Part shown: in pieces, positions 56,202-64,000 of the stretch
Position numbering within the stretch: position 1 is the stretch's first letter
Layout of the letters: every line of letters starts with the position of its first letter
Source of the DNA: Bacteroidota bacterium
GTDB taxonomy: Bacteria; Bacteroidota; Bacteroidia; Flavobacteriales_D; UBA2798
Assembly: GCA_049322335.1 (NCBI GenBank)
Contig: JBMORL010000100.1
Coordinates: forward strand, 3,723 to 67,722
Direction of reading: 5' to 3'
DNA length: 64,000 nt
The notes under the pieces: model-generated
What the model saw: only the letters and a program-made list of their open reading frames with translations
Databases searched by the model: none
Told to the model about the DNA's origin: nothing
Made by a program: the position numbers and the translations under genes

Positions 56202-56905
56202 CCAAAGCCATTTTTTGCTGGAGCGGGGGAAAAGATTCGGCCATGGCATTGCATAAAGTGATGCAGGAAAAAGAATTTGAAGTGGTATCGCTGCTCACCA
56301 CCGTTAATAAAAATTTTGGCAGAATTGTAATGCACGGAGTGCGTGAAGAATTACTCGACAGACAGGCTAATTCTATCGGTATTCCGCTTTTAAAAATTTA
56401 TATTGAAGATGGAACCAATGCTGAATATGAGACGAAAATGAAAAGCGCACTGGAGCAATTCAAACAAAAAGGAATTGAACACGTGATCTTTGGAGACATT
56501 TTTCTTGAAGACCTGAGAGCCTACCGCGAAAAAAACCTGGAAAAAACAGGGATGAAAGCCGTTTTCCCCCTCTGGAAAATTCCGACAGATCAACTGATTT
56601 ACGATTTTATACAAACCGGTTTTAAAACCATTACCTGTTGTGTGGATGAAAAACACCTCGGAAAAGAATTTGCGGGAAAAATTATTGATGGTGATTTTGT
56701 CTATTCCCTTCCAAAAACAGTCGATCCCTGCGGAGAAAACGGAGAGTTTCACACCTTCGCTTTCGATGGCCCGGTTTTTAAAAAGAAAATATCATTTTCA
56801 AAAGGAGAAATTGTAAGAAAAACCTATTCTTCCAGAAATGCCGATGGAACTACTGCGGAATATGGGTTTTGGTATTGTGATCTCATTAATGATCCCGATA
56901 CGTAA
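56198..56905 (+). CDS. Dph6-like (diphthine-ammonia ligase family) PP-loop ATPase
   Basis: WSGGKDS, FGDIFL, FPLW, DPCGENGEFHT. Confidence 0.92.
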   Translation: MTKAIFCWSGGKDSAMALHKVMQEKEFEVVSLLTTVNKNFGRIVMHGVREELLDRQANSIGIPLLKIYIEDGTNAEYETKMKSALEQFKQKGIEHVIFGDIFLEDLRAYREKNLEKTGMKAVFPLWKIPTDQLIYDFIQTGFKTITCCVDEKHLGKEFAGKIIDGDFVYSLPKTVDPCGENGEFHTFAFDGPVFKKKISFSKGEIVRKTYSSRNADGTTAEYGFWYCDLINDPDT

Positions 56906-57051
56906 CGCCAGGGAGCGTAACAAGATAGACCTGGTGATATTTTGGTCCCTATATGCTTGTAGGTGATAATTGGATGTAAACCTGATCCTCGGCAAATAAA
57001 CTTCACTTGTCCCTTTTGCCTCATGGCTAGTGGCTCATGGCTTCATAAAAA

Positions 57052-57447
57052 CTACTTCAACTTCTCTCTCCACATCTCCGGCACTTCGATAGTTTGTTTT
57101 TTCATGTAGTCGTAGCAAACGATAATTGATTTTCCTTTTACGCGGACAACTCTTTCATTTCCGCTCATCACATAAGCCACATATTCAAAATCCATGCTTT
57201 TGTTTCCTATTCGTGTGCAGGAAGTTTCGATATGTAATTCATCCATCAGCACTGTAGGAGAAACATAATCAATTTCATTTCTCGCCAGCAGGATACCGCT
57301 GTTGATCCAATCCCACTGTTTGCCGATGGCTGCCGCAAAAAAATGCATACGCGCCTGTTCGAAATAATTGAGGTAAACTGCATTGTTCACATGGCCCATC
57401 ACATCAATATCAACAAAACGTATCTCTATTTTTATAGTGTGTTTCAT
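57052..57447 (-). CDS. Acyl-CoA thioesterase (4HBT/YbgC-like)
   Basis: IRFVDIDVMGHVNNAVYLNYFEQAR. Confidence 0.92.
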   Translation of the reverse strand: MKHTIKIEIRFVDIDVMGHVNNAVYLNYFEQARMHFFAAAIGKQWDWINSGILLARNEIDYVSPTVLMDELHIETSCTRIGNKSMDFEYVAYVMSGNERVVRVKGKSIIVCYDYMKKQTIEVPEMWREKLK

Positions 57448-57845
57448 TATGAAATCGGATTTAGCACCACACTATAAACGATAATTGAATTAAGATCGCG
57501 GCCATAGGTAAGTTTATCGAGCGCATCAAACACATTTTTTGCACGAAAATAGGAAGTGTGCAATTCATTCTCCCCGCGCAGCGACCACTGGATAGTATAG
57601 CTGCTTTCTTTTTCCTTGTAGGTTTTTACATACTCCAGCATTTTTCTCAGTGCATCGGGCTTGTCGTATCCCTGCACCGAGTGAAAAAGAAAAGATTGCC
57701 GGTGGCGAGGATTAACGGTAACGATATCCAGTTTCGTTTTTCCGTCCATTTCCGAATATTCAAAAGCCAGCGAACCGGTTTCAAGCCCGCCAATGTAGCC
57801 TGAAATTTCTTCCTGTAGTTTGGTGATCTCAGCAGTTGTGCTCAT
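57447..57845 (-). CDS. Conserved Flavobacteriia-type hypothetical protein
   Basis: TVNPRHRQSFLFH, YTIQW, LHTSYFRA; tight operon spacing. Confidence 0.78.
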   Translation of the reverse strand: MSTTAEITKLQEEISGYIGGLETGSLAFEYSEMDGKTKLDIVTVNPRHRQSFLFHSVQGYDKPDALRKMLEYVKTYKEKESSYTIQWSLRGENELHTSYFRAKNVFDALDKLTYGRDLNSIIVYSVVLNPIS

Positions 57846-57855
57846 TCTTTTTTAA

Positions 57856-59730
57856 TTATAATTTATCAAGTGATTCGTAGGGAGAATTGTTGCTTTTGTA
57901 TTCGGGAACAATGTCTTTCATTTTGGCAACAAGTAAAAAATTATCCTGTGCGCTGAATAAAGCAGTGAGTTCATCCACTTTTCCGCAGATCTCTTTCCTG
58001 TCGTACTCACGTACTTTGGATATCAGCACCTGTTTGTTATGTGTGGGCAAAGTATTTTCTTTATCGCTCAGCACTTCTTCATATAATTTTTCCCCGGGGC
58101 GAAGTCCGGTAATTTTAATTTTAATATCTTTTTCCGGTTCAAATCCCGAAAGGCGGATCATATTTTTGGCTAGGTCGATGATCTTCATCGATTGTCCCAT
58201 ATCAAACACAAACACTTCTCCACCCTTTCCCATGGCTCCCGCTTCCAACACCAACTGGCAGGCTTCGGGAATAGTCATAAAATACCTTTCCACATCCGGA
58301 TGCGTAATGGTAACCGGCCCGCCACCTTCAATCTGTTTCTGGAATAAAGGAATCACCGATCCGTTCGATCCAAGCACATTCCCAAAGCGTGTGGTGATGA
58401 ATTTTGTTTTTCCCTCCTTATTGGCCGATTGCGCATAAATTTCTGCAATGCGCTTGGAAGCGCCCATCACATTTGTGGGATTCACCGCTTTATCCGTACT
58501 CACCAATACAAACCGCTCCACGCTAAATTTTAATGCAAGATCTACCAAAACTTTAGTCCCGTATACGTTAGTATTTACCGCTTCGGTAGGATTATCTTCC
58601 ATTAGCGGAACATGTTTGTAGGCCGCTGCATGAAAAACTACCTGCGGTTTGAAATGGGTAAATAATCTTTCCATCCGGTCGGGCTGGGTAACGTCTCCGA
58701 CAGCTACTTCACAATTTTTGTTTTTTCCTGTCGAGATCAGTTCCATTTCAAAATCATACAGTGCCGATTCTGCCTGGTCGAGTAAAATAATTTTTTTTGG
58801 TTCGTATTTCACTATCTGACGAACGATCTCACTGCCAATTGATCCGGCAGCGCCCGTCACCAACACCGTTTTGTTATTTAGCACAGATGAAATATTGGTT
58901 TCATCCAGCCGGATAGGCTCGCGGCCCAATAAATCCTCAATTTTTACTTTTTTGATTTGTTTAAAACTCAGCTCACCGTTGATCCAGCTTTGAACCGGAG
59001 GAACAGTAAGGGCCAGCACGTTATGTTCCAGGCAAAAGTCCACTACTTTTTTACGGTTACCGGGATCGGGATTTTTAATGGCAATGATCAATTGTTCAAT
59101 GGGACGGTTTTCAATAATATGTTTCAGTTGCGAAGTATGGTAAATGCGCGTACCTTCCAGCATTTTTCCTTCCATTTTTTCGTTGTCGTCAATAAAAGCC
59201 GCCACTTTATAACGTGAGGCCGTATCACGGTCAAGGGCGCGTTTGGCGATGAGTCCCATTTCTCCTGCACCATAAATCACAATTTTCATTTTCTCGCGGG
59301 TGGGATTCACCTGTTCGGCATACAATAGTTTTACGGCAATACGCGAAGTGATCATCAGGAAAATGGTGATGAAATAATCCATCAGCATAATGGAAATGGG
59401 AAAAAGATAATAACCATCGTACCAATAGCGGATGGGAGAAAGAACAAGAAAAATAAGCGACCCCGCTGTTACGGTAAGAAAAATTCGTTTTGAGTCCTGT
59501 GTACTGGTATACCGAACAATGCCCTGGTAGGTTTTTCCAAAATAAAAAGTAGCCATTCGAACCACCAGGAAAACGGGTAAAGAAATTTTCAGTACGGGGA
59601 ATTCTTCATCCACGGGGAAATTCACAAAGTCAAAACGCAGGAGATAAGCAAAAGCGAGGGAGAAAACGCTGATCGCCACATCAATAAAAAAGATGATCCA
59701 GCGGGGCGTGTTTCCTTTGGGAATGAGCAT
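57856..59730 (-). CDS. Polysaccharide biosynthesis protein (CapD/PglF-type UDP-sugar 4,6-dehydratase)
   Basis: N-terminal TM helices, YGAGEMG, IEDLLGR, TGAAGSIGSE, HAAAYKHVP, STDKAVNP, RFGNVLGSNGSV; ATG 59730 follows a TAATTTTG promoter element (59734-59741, minus strand). Confidence 0.95.
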   Translation of the reverse strand: MLIPKGNTPRWIIFFIDVAISVFSLAFAYLLRFDFVNFPVDEEFPVLKISLPVFLVVRMATFYFGKTYQGIVRYTSTQDSKRIFLTVTAGSLIFLVLSPIRYWYDGYYLFPISIMLMDYFITIFLMITSRIAVKLLYAEQVNPTREKMKIVIYGAGEMGLIAKRALDRDTASRYKVAAFIDDNEKMEGKMLEGTRIYHTSQLKHIIENRPIEQLIIAIKNPDPGNRKKVVDFCLEHNVLALTVPPVQSWINGELSFKQIKKVKIEDLLGREPIRLDETNISSVLNNKTVLVTGAAGSIGSEIVRQIVKYEPKKIILLDQAESALYDFEMELISTGKNKNCEVAVGDVTQPDRMERLFTHFKPQVVFHAAAYKHVPLMEDNPTEAVNTNVYGTKVLVDLALKFSVERFVLVSTDKAVNPTNVMGASKRIAEIYAQSANKEGKTKFITTRFGNVLGSNGSVIPLFQKQIEGGGPVTITHPDVERYFMTIPEACQLVLEAGAMGKGGEVFVFDMGQSMKIIDLAKNMIRLSGFEPEKDIKIKITGLRPGEKLYEEVLSDKENTLPTHNKQVLISKVREYDRKEICGKVDELTALFSAQDNFLLVAKMKDIVPEYKSNNSPYESLDKL

Positions 59731-59739
59731 GGCCAAAAT

Positions 59740-59824
59740 TAGTTGAAAAGTTGCAGGTTAGCAAGTTGGGAAAGTTTCAAGTTTTGAAAGTTAACAAGTT
59801 GAGAAAGTTAGCAAGTTGTCAAAG
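59740..59824. repeat. Octamer tract (AAGTTnnn, about 10 units) with an inverted partner at 60015-60033
   Basis: CAAGTTGAGAAAGT (59795-59808) is the exact reverse complement of 60015-60028. Confidence 0.8.
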
Positions 59825-60025
59825 CCGGGTGTTTTGGGAAGATTGGAGCCAAAAATCGAATTGCATATATGATTTAAACCGCACCGGAGACTCCTGAAAA
59901 GTCACAGGCACACTTTATGCTTGAGACATGTAAGAATAGCCGCCTGACTTGCGTCAATTTTGTAATTATTTGAAGAAAATACGGATATTGGCTTTCGCTT
60001 TCAAAACTCTAAACACTTTCTCAAC

Positions 60026-60613
60026 TTGCCAACTCATAACCAACACTACTGGGATAACCGCTGGAAAAACAACGAAACCGGGTGGGATATCGGGCATATT
60101 TCCACTCCCCTGAAAGAATATTTCGACCAGTTGAAAGACAAAAACCTTTCTATCCTCATACCGGGATGCGGCAATGCGTATGAGGCGGAATATCTTCATC
60201 AGCAGGGCTTCAAAAACGTATATGTAGCTGACATTTCACCGCTGGCCCTGGAAGCATTCAAAAAAAGAGTGCCCGGTTTCCCTGAAAATCACCTGATGTG
60301 TGTCGATTTTTTCAACATAAAAGAAAAATTTGACCTCATAATTGAACAAACTTTTTTCTGCGCCCTGCATCCTTCTGAAAGAAAAAAATATGCGGATAAA
60401 ATAGCCGGATTGCTGAATACCGGGGGAAAACTAGCGGGATTGCTGTTTGATGATGTACTGAATACCGATCATCCTCCCTATGGCGGAAATAAAGCAGAGT
60501 ATGCTGCAATTTTTGCTGAAAAATTTGTAACGCATACGATGGAAACCGCTTATAATTCTATAAAACCCCGAGAGGGACGCGAATTGTTTATAAATCTGCG
60601 GCTAAAAAGATAA
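60026..60613 (+). CDS. TPMT-family SAM-dependent methyltransferase
   Basis: YWDNRW..ETGWDIG, ILIPGCGNAYE, EQTFFCAL, PPYGG. Confidence 0.9.
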   Translation: MPTHNQHYWDNRWKNNETGWDIGHISTPLKEYFDQLKDKNLSILIPGCGNAYEAEYLHQQGFKNVYVADISPLALEAFKKRVPGFPENHLMCVDFFNIKEKFDLIIEQTFFCALHPSERKKYADKIAGLLNTGGKLAGLLFDDVLNTDHPPYGGNKAEYAAIFAEKFVTHTMETAYNSIKPREGRELFINLRLKR

Positions 60614-60656
60614 ATATTTTTTATTGTGAAAAAACATAAGGCCGGATATATGTTAT

Positions 60657-60854
60657 GGCCTCTTTTGCGTGCCGTAGTATTTTCGAAAATCCTTCGTGCG
60701 GTGGGCCCGTGAGTAGTGACCCACGAGGCCCGCCAGCCGGATACAAACGCCTGGCGGGACGGCTTGGGTCTCGTGAGGAGAAGGATTTTCAGAAAATCAA
60801 GGCGTGCAAAAGAAGCCTTGACTTTTTGTTTCTTTTGTGTCAAGACAAAAGAAA
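60657..60854. ncRNA. Candidate structured RNA or non-autonomous palindromic element with a terminal pseudoknot
   Basis: Nested long stems (60657-60673/60801-60817; 60679-60695/60780-60797) and a terminal 10-bp hairpin whose loop is complementary to an upstream CTTGAC. Confidence 0.6.
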
Positions 60855-60936
60855 GAACGAAAATAGATTTCAAAGGAAAAGTGCGTTTAAACAGGATAAA
60901 ACCTTTGAAGAGTTAAATAATATTGTTTCATTTTCC

Positions 60937-60944
60937 TAAATTTG
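60937..60944 (+). promoter_or_regulatory. -7 element TAAATTTG (near-leaderless NlpC/P60 gene)
   Basis: TAnnTTTG 4 nt before GTG 60949. Confidence 0.6.
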
Positions 60945-60948
60945 CATC

Positions 60949-61524
60949 GTGAAAGCCAGGTATTTGACATATTTTCTCCTGCTTTTTTGTATTTCGGTTT
61001 CTGCCCAAACAGATTCCACCGTTGCCGATTCGCTTATATTTTCATCTGTCAAAGCGCATTACACTGAAAAAACAGATAAAAAAATACCTTCCGACAGCGA
61101 ACTGGTGTCCTTTTTCCAAAGCAAAGGTGTTGTCTTCGATCCCGAATGTTCGCGACTGGATTTATACCGCGAAATTTACGGTTGGCTGGGCGTGAAATAC
61201 AAATATGCCGGCCTCACCAAATCGGGAGTGGATTGTGCAGGATTTGTGAAAAATATCTGTAATCCCGTTTATGGCACAAAACTTTCAGGCAGCGCGGGCG
61301 ACCATTTTAACCGGTGCATTCCCATTGAGCGCGAAGACCTGGAAGAAGGCGACCTTGTTTTTTTCAAGATCAACAAAACCTATATCTCGCATATAGGTAT
61401 TTATCTCGGTAACGGTAAGTTTGCACATGCAGCCGTTCATGGTGGCGTGATGATAAACGATCTTTCTGAAGAATATTACAACAAATACTATTACATTAGC
61501 GGAAGATTAAAATCCAACGGATGA
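60949..61524 (+). CDS. NlpC/P60 (C40) peptidase
   Basis: WLGVKYKYAG, GVDCAGFV, GDLVFF, HIGIYLG..F.HA. Confidence 0.92.
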   Translation: MKARYLTYFLLLFCISVSAQTDSTVADSLIFSSVKAHYTEKTDKKIPSDSELVSFFQSKGVVFDPECSRLDLYREIYGWLGVKYKYAGLTKSGVDCAGFVKNICNPVYGTKLSGSAGDHFNRCIPIEREDLEEGDLVFFKINKTYISHIGIYLGNGKFAHAAVHGGVMINDLSEEYYNKYYYISGRLKSNG

Positions 61525-62030
61525 CAGCAGCCACAAAAACCATCGTTTTACAGAACGAACAAATACGGCAAAAAATCAACCGCATTGCTTACGAAATTTA
61601 CGAGAACAATATTTCCGCCAAAACGCTTTACGTGGTGGGAATAGAAAAGCAGGGATATGTTCTTGCTGAAAGGATTTGCACTTTGCTCAAAGAAATTTCT
61701 CCCATTGATGTGAAACTGGTGAAACTGGAAATGCATAAAGACGAACCACTGGAACACCCGATAAAACTTTCTGTGCACGTAAATGATCTGGCCGACCAGT
61801 CGGTGATACTGGTAGACGATGTACTGAATTCAGGAAAAACGCTGATCTATGCTGCGCATTATTTGCTCCAATCTCCATTGAAAAACATGAATACGGTTTG
61901 CCTGGTGGACCGCCTGCACCGGAAATTTCCGATACGTGCCGATTTTGTGGGAGTAACACTTTCCACCACGTTGCAGGAACACATCCAGGTGGAATTTGAA
62001 AACGGAAACGATATTGTTTATCTCGAATAA
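61521..62030 (+). CDS. PyrR-like phosphoribosyltransferase family protein
   Basis: KINRIAYEIYE, VILVDDVLNSGKT, LVDRLHRKFPIRADFVG. Confidence 0.88.
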   Translation: MTAATKTIVLQNEQIRQKINRIAYEIYENNISAKTLYVVGIEKQGYVLAERICTLLKEISPIDVKLVKLEMHKDEPLEHPIKLSVHVNDLADQSVILVDDVLNSGKTLIYAAHYLLQSPLKNMNTVCLVDRLHRKFPIRADFVGVTLSTTLQEHIQVEFENGNDIVYLE

Positions 62031-62033
62031 ATC

Positions 62034-62684
62034 ATGAGTCACCTTATTGCCCCTTCTGTCCTCTCTGCCGATTTCGCCAACCTTCAGCGCGATGCGGAAA
62101 TGATCAACAACAGCAAAGCCGACTGGTTTCACGTAGATGTGATGGATGGTGTGTTTGTTCCCAATATTTCTTTTGGCTTTCCCGTGATCAGCGCTTTAAA
62201 AAAGCATGCCCGTAAACCGTTAGACGTACACCTGATGATCGTGGAACCCGACAAATACATTACTGAATTCAAAAAATGCGGGGCAGAAATTCTCACCGTA
62301 CATTATGAAGCCTGCACACACTTGCACCGCACCCTGCAGGCCATCCGTGCTGAAGGAATGAAAGCGGGAGTAGCCTTGAACCCACATACACCCGTTCATC
62401 TTATAGCCGACATCATCCACGAAATAGACCTGCTGCTGGTGATGAGTGTAAATCCAGGTTTCGGGGGACAAAAATTTATTGCGCAGAGTCTTGATAAAGT
62501 AAAAGAAGCAGCAGAAATTATTCATGAGAAAAAAGCGAAAACACTGATAGAAGTAGATGGCGGAGTAACGGACAAAAACGCCAAACAACTTATTGAAAGT
62601 GGCGCCAATGTTCTTGTGGCGGGAAGTTATGTTTTTAATTCTGCGGATCCGGGGAAAACTATTGAGGGGTTGAAAACAATCTGA
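62034..62684 (+). CDS. rpe: Ribulose-phosphate 3-epimerase
   Basis: IAPSVLSADF, HVDVMDGVFVPN, MSVNPGFGGQKF, EVDGG. Confidence 0.98.
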   Translation: MSHLIAPSVLSADFANLQRDAEMINNSKADWFHVDVMDGVFVPNISFGFPVISALKKHARKPLDVHLMIVEPDKYITEFKKCGAEILTVHYEACTHLHRTLQAIRAEGMKAGVALNPHTPVHLIADIIHEIDLLLVMSVNPGFGGQKFIAQSLDKVKEAAEIIHEKKAKTLIEVDGGVTDKNAKQLIESGANVLVAGSYVFNSADPGKTIEGLKTI

Positions 62685-62704
62685 GACCAAAACCCCTGTC
62701 AACT

Positions 62705-63964
62705 TCACTCATAGTTACTCTCTTTAATCAACAAATAATTTGCTACCCATTGAAATACCACAAATCCCAACACAAAAACACCGGTCATGCTATTGAACAT
62801 TTTTCCGGTGTTGAAAGTTATTGCGATTGCTGAAATACCCGCAATTGTCATAACTATCGAGTAAATGAGCAAAGAGTTCGGATACTTTGAAGGTGAAAAC
62901 ATGACGCTGAAAGGCAACATCATGGAAAAGCCGAAAACAGCAATGGTTAAAAATCTTTCATCAGTTAAAGCGAAATATAGAATTAACCCGGTAAAAAAAG
63001 TTGTCAAACCGAGCGCAACAAAGTTTGAGCTCATTTTTTCTTTTTTATCGAGAAGTAATTGTCCGTATTTGTTGAATCGTAAAAACAAATTACTGATCGG
63101 AACAATTACCCAGGTTGAAAATGCAATCAAAGCAAGTGCGATGATTAAAGGAGTAAGATAAGGTTGAAGTTCTTCGTTATTCCGTGCCAGTGTATTCAAT
63201 CCCCGCATTCCGAAATAGAAACCAACAATAACCGCCCATTGATATTTTGAAGTCAGGTTTCCCATCCAAAAAGAATACTTCAGAAAAACGCGGTAAACAG
63301 GGTTTGATGCTTTTATGGCCTGAAGCATTCCCGATTGGGCATAATCCAGGTTAGGATCATTTTTTAATGCCTCTTTAAAATGCTCCAGTGCTTTTTTATG
63401 CTGACCCTTTTCCAAAAGTCCCCAACCGTAATTGGCATGTGTAAAAGCATTGTTCGGATCTTCTCTTAGCGCACCTTCAATGGTTTGAAAAGATTCTTCG
63501 CTCCTGTTAAGTTTATTTAATGCCGTGCTTCTTATGTTTAATGCCAGCAGGTTTTCTGCATCGATTTCCAAAGCACGGTTTGCGGTTTCCAACGCCTCAT
63601 CAAATTGCTTACGTGCCAGTTGAATATTGGAAAGTAATGCGAAATATTCAGCGTAATAAGGATTTAATTTTATAGCCTGTTGAATGTTTTTTTCTGCCTC
63701 ATTTATATTATCTCCCTCGATAGCTATTCGGGATTTCATATAAAATAAGTGCGGATAATCGGGTGCCAGGCCGATTGCATTATCAATTATCCTGTTTGCA
63801 ACATCCAATTGGTTTTGTTGCAGATTCACTTCGGCCAATAATGACAAAAAATGAATGTTATTAGGGTCAGCAGAAAGCAGGTTTTTTAGAATTTTTTCTG
63901 CTTCAGCATATTTTTTTTGCTCAATTAAAATTTCAGCTTTAGACAGCCTGATGTCTTCCGTCAT
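62705..63964 (-). CDS. TPR-repeat protein with C-terminal TM helices
   Basis: About 6 TPRs followed by about 6 hydrophobic segments. Confidence 0.87.
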   Translation of the reverse strand: MTEDIRLSKAEILIEQKKYAEAEKILKNLLSADPNNIHFLSLLAEVNLQQNQLDVANRIIDNAIGLAPDYPHLFYMKSRIAIEGDNINEAEKNIQQAIKLNPYYAEYFALLSNIQLARKQFDEALETANRALEIDAENLLALNIRSTALNKLNRSEESFQTIEGALREDPNNAFTHANYGWGLLEKGQHKKALEHFKEALKNDPNLDYAQSGMLQAIKASNPVYRVFLKYSFWMGNLTSKYQWAVIVGFYFGMRGLNTLARNNEELQPYLTPLIIALALIAFSTWVIVPISNLFLRFNKYGQLLLDKKEKMSSNFVALGLTTFFTGLILYFALTDERFLTIAVFGFSMMLPFSVMFSPSKYPNSLLIYSIVMTIAGISAIAITFNTGKMFNSMTGVFVLGFVVFQWVANYLLIKESNYE

Positions 63965-63965
63965 A

Positions 63966-64000
63966 TTATTTTTTTATTTTGAGGTAATTTAAGATATCAT
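63966..64000 (-). CDS. 3' end of an upstream gene (DILNYLKIKK*), possibly an AAA ATPase
   Basis: Stop TAA 1 nt before the TPR ATG; only 10 codons visible, so the product is a guess. Confidence 0.4.
   Translation of the reverse strand, partial: DILNYLKIKK

Noticed and set aside
56198..56905. Diphthamide biosynthesis in a bacterium
   Set aside because: Dph6-like PP-loop ATPases are widespread in bacteria without the rest of the pathway
56798..57024. Short minus-strand ORFs or a possible ncRNA between the PP-loop ATPase and the thioesterase
   Set aside because: No motif, overlap with a real gene, and no convincing stems apart from a short CTCATGG tract
59740..59824. CRISPR array
   Set aside because: Units are 8-bp degenerate tandem repeats without unique spacers; no cas genes
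60550..60939. ORFs 60550-60873(-), 60655-60939(+) and 60716-60916(+)
   Set aside because: They overlap the palindromic element in several frames with no protein motifs; better explained as non-coding structure

Overview
Gene-dense chromosomal segment of about 40% GC from a Bacteroidota bacterium, probably a Flavobacteriales-like free-living lineage. The assignment rests on T9SS C-terminal sorting domains, TAnnTTTG -7 promoters, and fur-purA and mlaD-amidase-lptD gene order. About 67 CDSs: housekeeping genes (purA, rsmD, coaD, pyrE, prmC, ribD, rpe, msrB, lptD), envelope and secreted proteins, two ECF sigma/anti-sigma pairs, two SpoIIE/PP2C phosphatases and a STAS protein. I see no rRNA, tRNA, CRISPR array, transposase, integrase or reverse transcriptase. 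The most notable unexplained structure is: (1) two tandem micro-lipoproteins sharing a lipobox-Cys...CPAYG motif, whose upstream regions share a promoter-like motif with the divergent ECF sigma gene; (2) a ~200-nt heavily base-paired non-coding element with a terminal pseudoknot at 60657-60854; (3) a family of 7/8-bp-period tracts that flank apparently accessory genes as direct or inverted repeats and also appear in-frame inside a coding sequence; (4) an erythromycin-esterase-like domain fused to an outer-membrane beta-barrel. All family calls come from motif recognition by eye; no database search was run.
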